A DNA stretch of 25,514 nt, taken from the IMG/VR virus record IMGVR_UViG_3300012953_000202, positions 1 through 25,514 of that record; one strand, 5' to 3'. The notes beneath the pieces are model-generated. The model made no database searches. It was not told the origin of the DNA and saw only the letters and a program-made list of their open reading frames with translations. The position numbers and the translations under genes were made by a program. The stretch is from a virus (lineage: Duplodnaviria; Caudoviricetes). Numbering within the stretch: position 1 is the first letter of the stretch; every line of letters starts with the position of its first letter. Shown here piece after piece: positions 5,548 to 14,500 of this stretch.

Positions 5548-8500
5548 TAAAGACTGCAAATAAGATCTCATTTTTAATTGAGTCTCAATTACCAGATTTC
5601 ATAAACGAAGAGTATGAACTTTTTAGTAAGTTTATACAAAAGTATTATGAGCAGTTAGAGATTCAAGGACAACCTTTGGATATTATTAGTAATATCCAGA
5701 ATTATCATAATATTGATTTTTACGAAAATGATATATTAAAACAGTCAACTAAATTGGTTGGAGTACTTAGTGATGCAGATCCTTTAATTATTGTAGAAGA
5801 TGCTACTTCATTCCCAGAGCAAGGTGGATATATTAAGATAGATGATGAGATATGTTTTTATGCTAGTAGAACAGAGACGCAGTTTTTAGATGTAAGTCGT
5901 GGTGTAAGTGGTAATACGACTTTAGGAGATTTATATAATAAGAGTAATTTTGTAACAACACAGGCTTCAACTCATTTAAATGGAAGTACTGTACAGAATA
6001 TTAGTAACTTATTTTTATATTCTATTATAAAAAGTTTTGAGAAACAATATCTTGCAGATTTTCCCGAAGCATATTTGAAGGAAGAGATTGATAAGAGAAC
6101 TTTAATAAAAAATATAACGAGTTTCTATCAATCAAAGGGTACTGACAATTCAATTAAATTCTTATTTAAGTGTTTAATTAAAGATGATCCAAATCCTTCT
6201 GTTTCATATCCTAGAGATTTCACAGTTAAGTCTTCTGATTCTAATTGGATCAATAACTATTCTCTCAAGGTAAAAATTGTAAATGGTAATCCTACTGATT
6301 TAATAGGTAAAAGGATAGTTCAATCTACTGGTACACACGCTTCTGCTATAGTTGATAATGTTAGATATTGTGGAGAATTTGATGGTGATGATTTATATGA
6401 AATAATTCTTGCAGAAGAATCTGTAAATGGATATTTTTCTATTGCTGCAAAGACAAAATTAACACAGGATGTCACGGGATTAGATACTGTTGGCAATAGA
6501 GTAAATGTATTCTCTACTCTTGGTTGGGATAAAGAAGGAGAATTTTATATTGGTGGTGAAACATTTACATATAAGGAGAAGAATGTAAATCAATTTGTTA
6601 TATCTAATAGAACATCTAATGGTATTCATTCAAATGGAACTATTGTAACATATGGACATACTGTATCTGGTTCCAATGTAAGTCTATTAGTCTATGGTGT
6701 TTTCTATGGAGTTGAAAACTCTGATAGTGTACCATATTCAAACATTGGTGATAAGATTGATATATCAGAACCAGGATTCACCACTGATGACACAAGAATA
6801 TTTGATTCACAAAATAATAATAGATGGCAATTGTATGGTATTTCACCTGCTGTTCCTGAATTAAATTCTAATGTTTCAGCAATATATGCTGATGATGATT
6901 CTTATTATATTGCATCTTCAGGTTGGCCTTCTCATGTTATAGGAGCAGGTATATCAACAGATGGAACTGATCAAAGACATTTAAAGATTCTTAGAAAAAA
7001 TCCAATCACTACAACTGAGTCTTATGAGACTAAGTATAGAGATATTGGTATTGCTACTAATGGAATCCCATTCTTAAGTTATAAGGATGAGGATGTTATT
7101 TATAGTGGAGAACTGCAAAATATTACTGTAAACACTAGAGGTACTGGTTACGATAGTGCTCCTTTTGTATTGGTAAACAGTACTCCTAATATTGCACGTG
7201 CAAAACTTGCTGGACAAGTTGTTGAATCTGTAATAGTTGATGTTCCTGGTAGTTATGATGCTACTCCAACAGTAGAAATTGTATCTGGTAGAAATGCTAA
7301 AGTTACTGCTGTTGTTACTAATGGAGAAATAACTAGTCTTACTATTGATGATCCTGGTGAGTATTATTCACATGCACCTACTGTTATTATAGCAGATAAA
7401 GTAGGTAAAGGTAGATATGCAAAGTATAATGCAGAAGTTTCTACTTCTGGTCAAATTACTGGATTTACAAAAGTAACTGGTGGAACTCTTTACACAACTG
7501 GTAATATTGTAGTTGATATTATTCCTAATGGATTTGGTTCTACTGCAACTGCATCTATAAAAGAATGGAGAAAGGATAGGTATTATAAGAACAAGATTAC
7601 CAATTCAAATTTAGATTTTGATAACGGATATAAGTTTGATAATATTGTTTCTTCTAAAGGACATGGATATGCTTACTATGCTTCTCCTTCAACATTAAGG
7701 GCAAACGATAATGGAGCACAGCACTCACCTATTCTAGGGTTTGCGTATGATGGAAACCCCATATATGGTGCTTATAGTCATACAGATCCATTAGATGCAA
7801 GTAGTAATATTGTAAGGATGGTTTCTAGTTATTCCTTGAATTTATCAAGATTAAATGGACCATCAGAAGATGCTGCTAATCCTTTAGGTTCTTTTATTAA
7901 TGATTATACTTATATTACTGGATATGGAACATTAGATCAAAACAATGGTCGTTTTTGTGTTACACCAGAATTTCCTGATGGAACATATGCATATTTTGTT
8001 ACTGTTAATAGCTCAAACCAACCTACATTTCCATATATCATTGGTCAGAATTATTATTCATTACCTGTAGATTCAAATTACAATTCAGAAATTTCTCAAG
8101 ATGATGTACCAGTCAAAGCTTCTAGATTAAGAACTGGTGGTATTGATAAGAATGGAGATTTAACAACTGCTCAAATTGCCGAAGTAACTAGAGGAACTGT
8201 ATCATCTGCTACAATTGTTAGTAGTGGATCTAATTTTTCTGTTGGTAATGAATTAGTTATTGAAAATAGTGATGGTGAAGGATCTGGTGCTGCTGGTGAA
8301 GTTTCCTTTGTTAAAGGAAAATCAGTATCATCATTACAATCACAATCATCTAAGGTGCTTCATTTTGATCTTAGTAACATTGGATATCTTTTTGCTGGAG
8401 ATACGATTACACAAGCAAATACTGGTGCTACAGGAATATTGATTGGTGATGTTGTATCTGCTAAAAAATTAGTACTAAAGAACGTAACAGGAACATTTAA

Positions 8501-11500
8501 TAGTACAGATGTACTATCTTCTACTACAGAAGTTATTTCCTTAATATTAGATAAGAGTTCTTCTTATACCAAAGGAGCTATAGTAGTATTAGAAGATGGT
8601 ATAGCTCTTGAACCTGTTGCTAGAGGAGAAGTTTTAGAATCAACAACAAATAAGAATAGTGTAAAATTGAAAGTTACAAAAACAGGGTTTATTCCTTCTA
8701 ATACTTTGTTTTTATCAAGCGAGAATTTAAATGATACTACTGGATCTAAGATATTTTCTATTGTACAATTAAGTTCAAATCTATCAATATTTAATATAAC
8801 AGATAATGTAGCTTTACTTACTACTTCTGCATCACATGGTGTTAATGTTGAAGAAGATGTAGTTGTTGACATTAATCCAGATGATAATTTAACAACCACT
8901 ACTTATTATGTACGTAGTAGAATATATCAAGAAGTAACGCTCAAGAACCCAGTCATAGCAAGGGTTCTCAGTGATACAGGAATTGGAAGATCTGAAATTC
9001 TCAACAGTGGTGCAAATTATACAAATGATGTTTATGATGATATCGCATTATCTGGTGGAACAGGTAATGGTGCTAAAGCAACAATCACAGTTGAGAACAA
9101 TCTTGTAACAAAAGTAGAGATAACTGAAAAGGGTACTGGTTATGAGAAATTTGATCTTCTTACTGTAGGAGATACAGATTTAGGTAAGACTGATACAAGT
9201 CAACCAAGGTTAGCAGTTCGTGTTGATCATGTTGGATTCTCAGTTGAGAATTCCAAATTAAATCTTGATAGTGCTCTAGATATCAAAATTAACGATCATC
9301 TCATAATAGGTGATGAGATTGTTAAGGTAGAAGGTATTACACAAAACACTGTTATAGTTCAAAGAGGATCTAATAAAAAGGATCATTTTGATGGTGCTAC
9401 TGTTGAGATATATGATGCAGGATATAATCTTTCTAATGGTTATAAAATTAATACTACTGGAATTGTCAGTGAAGATGTTAATAATGCAATAGTTTTATCA
9501 TATGATTCATCATCACAAAAAGTAGTTTTTGTTTATGATTACAATCAATCATTAACAAGTATTGATTCTCTATCATTAACATCTGTATTTTTTGATGAAA
9601 GTACTCCATCTACTAGATTGGTAGAAGTTCAAAGTTATTCTAGTCCACAAGTATATTTTGAGTTTTCCACAGATGGAACTACATTTACAAGAAATCCTAT
9701 AATTGATATTAAAAAGTATTACAAATATAATTTTGATGTATCACATACATCAATGATAGGTAAGAAATTTAATATTTCTCCTAGTATTAATTTAAATATA
9801 TCCACTCCTGAAGTAAATGATTCTAATAATATAGTTGACTTTAAGTTGGGATTTGGATCAAGAACAGCATTAAACACTTATACTAAAAAGCAAGAAATAT
9901 ATTATAGTAAGTATTACTATTATGATGAGAATAATCTTATTTCCAATGAAGGATCTTATCTTAAGATAATAGAAGATCCTTTACAAGGATCTAAAAAATC
10001 TCTATATGTTACATCTACTGATATAGTATATTCAACTGGTATAAAAGCACCTCATGATGGTAGTGGAACTATTTCATATATTACAAATTCTCCGTTTGCA
10101 GTAGGTGAAATAAGTTCAATTAATATTACTAATATTGGTATTGATTATAATAAAATTCCAATAGTAACTGGTATCTATGATAATACTAATACTATTAATA
10201 AAGATGTAAAATGTTATCTTAATAGTAATGATATTGGTATTCCAACTAGTATAAAAATTCTTAGTAATGGTGGATCATATCACAATGATTCTTCATTACA
10301 ATCTACGTTTAGATCTAATTATGTTTTCATAGTATCTGAATTTAATAAAGATGCTTTTGATGTTGGTGAGACTGTGGTACAGACATCAGGATCGGTTGAA
10401 ACTGCAAGAGGAAAAGTTAGTTCTTGGAGAGAGGGATCTAACATTTTACTTATTGATAATATAACAGGTATTTTTAGGAAAGGTTTACCTATTGTTGGTA
10501 TTGCTAACAGAAATGTTGCAATGTTAGATGATATTAAGTTTACTGAATTTACTCCTATTATTAAAACTTATTCTGATAATCTTGGTTACTATGAATCTGA
10601 TTATGGTAAAATAAGTGATGCAAATCAAAAAATACATGATTCATATTATTATCAAGATTATTCATACTTAGTTAAATCAAAAACTCCTATTGAAAATTGG
10701 AGATCTTTAATTAAAGAGACCACTCATCCAGCAGGGTTCCAGTTATTTGGTGAAGTATTAATTGAATCTTCTGGTCAGTCAACAATGCCAGGTAATACTA
10801 GTGTTAGTAGAGTTAGTATTATACAAGCATGGAATCCAGAAAATAATAAAATTACAGTACAGAGTACTAAGAGACAGATTACTCAAAATATTGTAATGAT
10901 GAAGAACCTTAATGTTGAAAAGGGAGTTGGTTCTATATCTCTTGATACTGCGAGTGTTTCTGAAATCAGTACTGGTAATGTATTTTTAGATTCTGATTTT
11001 AATGGATCTCTTACAAACAAAGGTAATCTAGAAGGAAGAACAACATTTACATTAAAAGACAAAAAAGGTAATGTATTAAAACCTTATAATGAACAATCCT
11101 TAATTATTACTTTGGATGGTATATTACAAGAACCTGGTGTTTCTTATACTATTTCTGGAGATCAAATAACTTTTGCACAACCACCATTAGGTGTAAGCTT
11201 TAAGAACCAACAAGAAATACCTGGTGTTACTTTTTATGGAAAGATATTTGAATTTAAGAATGATACTTTAAATGCAAAATATCTTAAAAAAGTTAGAAAT
11301 ATTTTCCAAAGAACTGGAACATGGATAGATGCTGCTAATCAGCTTGAGATGAATAGAACATTTATTCAAGAAGAGACTCTTGGGTATATTAAAAATAAGT
11401 ATCCAGTGTTATCTTGGGGATCTTTACAATCTAAGTGTATAAGAGATATAGGATTGTTTATTGATGCTATAGCACATGATTTAAGATTTGGTGGAAATGA

Positions 11501-14500
11501 GAAAACAATTTTAGCTGCTGAATCTTATTTTACAAATGAGACTTTGACATCTTTAATAGGAGATGCAGTTTTAGTTGATCCTAATGATCCTAATAATAAA
11601 GATACTATATCTGAATTAGAAGCAACTATAGAAGCGTTGAGTTACATGACTCGTCTTTCTAAGTTAGCAATGAGGAACTGGGATTATATTGATCGTCAGG
11701 TTTCTTGGACTCCTGGTACTAATCAAGTTACTATTAGTGATACAAATAATATTGCTTTGGGTATGAGAGTTAGTGCTGGAAGAGCATTTCCTGAAGAAGC
11801 AAGAGTTATTCAGATTGTTGATGGTAGAAATATTAGAATTGGTAGAAAACTTTCTGATACAGAAGTAGAGAATATAAACTCTCTTCCTCTTTCAGAGACA
11901 TCAGTAAATATTATTTCTGATAATACTACTATTGATAGTAATACAAATACAGTTAGTTCTATAACTCAAATTGGAGAAGATTTGTATTTTCGTATTGGAA
12001 CATCATTTTATTATGCTTTAACACCAGCTGATTCTGTATTACCTTCAGATAATGCTCAGATGATATTCTCATTTAGTCCTCTTAATAATGGTACTTATTA
12101 TGATGCATCATTATTGATTGAGATGAATAAGTCTGATATTATTACTTCTTCTGTCAGTGCTGTTAATACCAAATATCCATCTCATGCTGCTACAGGTTAT
12201 ACTGCTAAGTGTGAGAGAGATCTTGGATATTTAATTGATGCTGTTATATATTCTTTACGTTATGGTGGAAATGAGAAGTTGGTCAAATTTGGAAGAAGTT
12301 TCTTTATCGGAAATGATTTGACTCATTTATATGGTGAGTTGCCAGAATCTTTATATGCTTTCAATCAAGCAAGAGATTTTATGATAAAAGCAATGAGGAA
12401 TCAAGGTGCTGTTACCGATACTTCAATTCGTATTGATACTCAGATTCCTTTATGTGCTCAAATTGAAAGTGCATTAGTAACATATATTTCTAGTGTTGAA
12501 GTTATTCTTGAGAGAGGAGTTAATGCTGTTGAATTAGTAAGACAAAATCCTAATGATAGTGGATATTGGTCAAATACTAAATCTTATACAAATATCAATA
12601 TATTACCAGATCCAAAACTTGTTAATGGAGTATTGAAAGAGTGTGAAGATGTTTCTTCTGCATTAGATTCCTTATATGAAAATGCAAGACAAACATTGAA
12701 TATTGGAGTTGGATCATCTGAAATATCTAAACCAGATTATATTAATAATGAAAATAATGTCTTTGAGTTATATTATACTGATGGAACTGCTGTTGATACT
12801 GAAGTCAACGAAGATCTATTTGTAGCATTAAGTGGTGTTTTACAACATACATCTGCTTATTATATTGATAGAACTAATGTACCAAATAAAATTGTTTTTG
12901 ATGCACCACCTATTTGGGATCAGAATGATAATACAAAAACAGTTTATGAACCACTAGCTGTTGAAAAATTCTTTGCTCATGGAGTTGGTGCTTACCTTAG
13001 ATGTACTATTGATACTAGTGATACTAGGGGATCCAACGGTCCTTTCTTAATTCTTGATTCTAAAGATCAATCTAAGATCATTAGTAGTCCAGAGTTTGCT
13101 TTAGTTTTCATAGATGGTGTTTTACAAAGAGAAAAAGATTCATATACCATAAATGGACCAACTATAACATTTACACGAAACCTTTATAGGGGTAATAATG
13201 TTGATATACTTGTTCTTTATGGAAGAGATTTAGATTCATCAATAAGTCTTTATGATTTTGAGTCTAATGAGTATTACAATGAGATTGTATTAACTTGTGA
13301 TGCTGGATCTAATAATGATTTTGCTGCTTGGAAGAAATGGTTTGGATTATCACATGATGATCATCAAGTAGCATATCAAAAGATATCTGGCAAGAAGGTT
13401 TTTATAGGTAATGTAAAGACATATACTACAACTAATCAAAAGTTAATTATTACTCTTGTTGGAAATAATCCTGATATGGATGGATCATCAGTATTCTTCT
13501 CTGGCACAGACAATTTCTTTGGTGCTGAAGATTTTAATGATGAATACGAACTAACAGGAACAACTAATAATGTTTCTGTAGTAAGAAACGGATATGATAA
13601 CTATAGAATGCAGAGAAACTCTGCTAGATGGTTATACGGAAGTAAGAGAGCAGATGAGTCTTTCTATGAAAAGCATAGAGGTAGTGCTAACTTAAGTGCT
13701 GGAGATTCTGTTAAAATTCATGGTGAAAATGACTATAGAACTATAAAAGAACTTCCTCAGTATGTAAGTCCTAAAACTTACAATGATGGTGATGAAGTAT
13801 CAAATAGTTTCTTTGGATCTTGCTTCGCTACAAATTATTCTGGAGACAGAAGAGGAGAGGGTCTTACAGTTACATGTCAAGTAAGTGGTGGAAAAGTTTC
13901 TTCTATTACTTGGAATAAAACTAGTTATAATGCACAGAATCAAGTTGAAAAACGTAGTGATGCCAAGGGATATGATACTACTCCTATATTACATTTTATT
14001 CCTACTAATCAGAAAGGAGGAGGAGCAAAAGCTGAGGTTCTTGTATGTGACGGCGAAATTGTTGATATAGTATTAACAAATTCTGGTTCTGGTTATACTA
14101 CTGCTCCAACAGTTGTTACTGCAAGACAATATGATATTATCAAACAACGTGGAAGAAAGATTGATAGTCTAATTAATATTAGGGTAGAAACTGAATTACT
14201 ATACAACACTTTTCCTGGAACTATTATTCCTGTTGATATTACTCCTATTAGAGGAACTGATCCTGTTTCTCCAATTCCGCTTGATCCAAATCTTCCTGGT
14301 GATAAAAATCCAGACGGATATGTACGTTCTTCTTTAACATCTGCTAATCATATTCAAATTACTGAATTTATTAATAGAAGACTGGATGTACCTTCTCCTA
14401 AAGGTAAAACACTTGAAGTTAATAGGTATTTCCCAACAGTAGTTGATTCTGTAAGACTTCCAGATATATCACACACATCACAAGGAACAAGTATTTTAGA

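Noticed and set aside
8260-14070. Short alternative-frame or antisense ORFs inside gp7 (8260-8442, 8564-8899, 13885-14070)
   Set aside because: Typical off-frame by-products of biased codon usage; no RBS or motifs.
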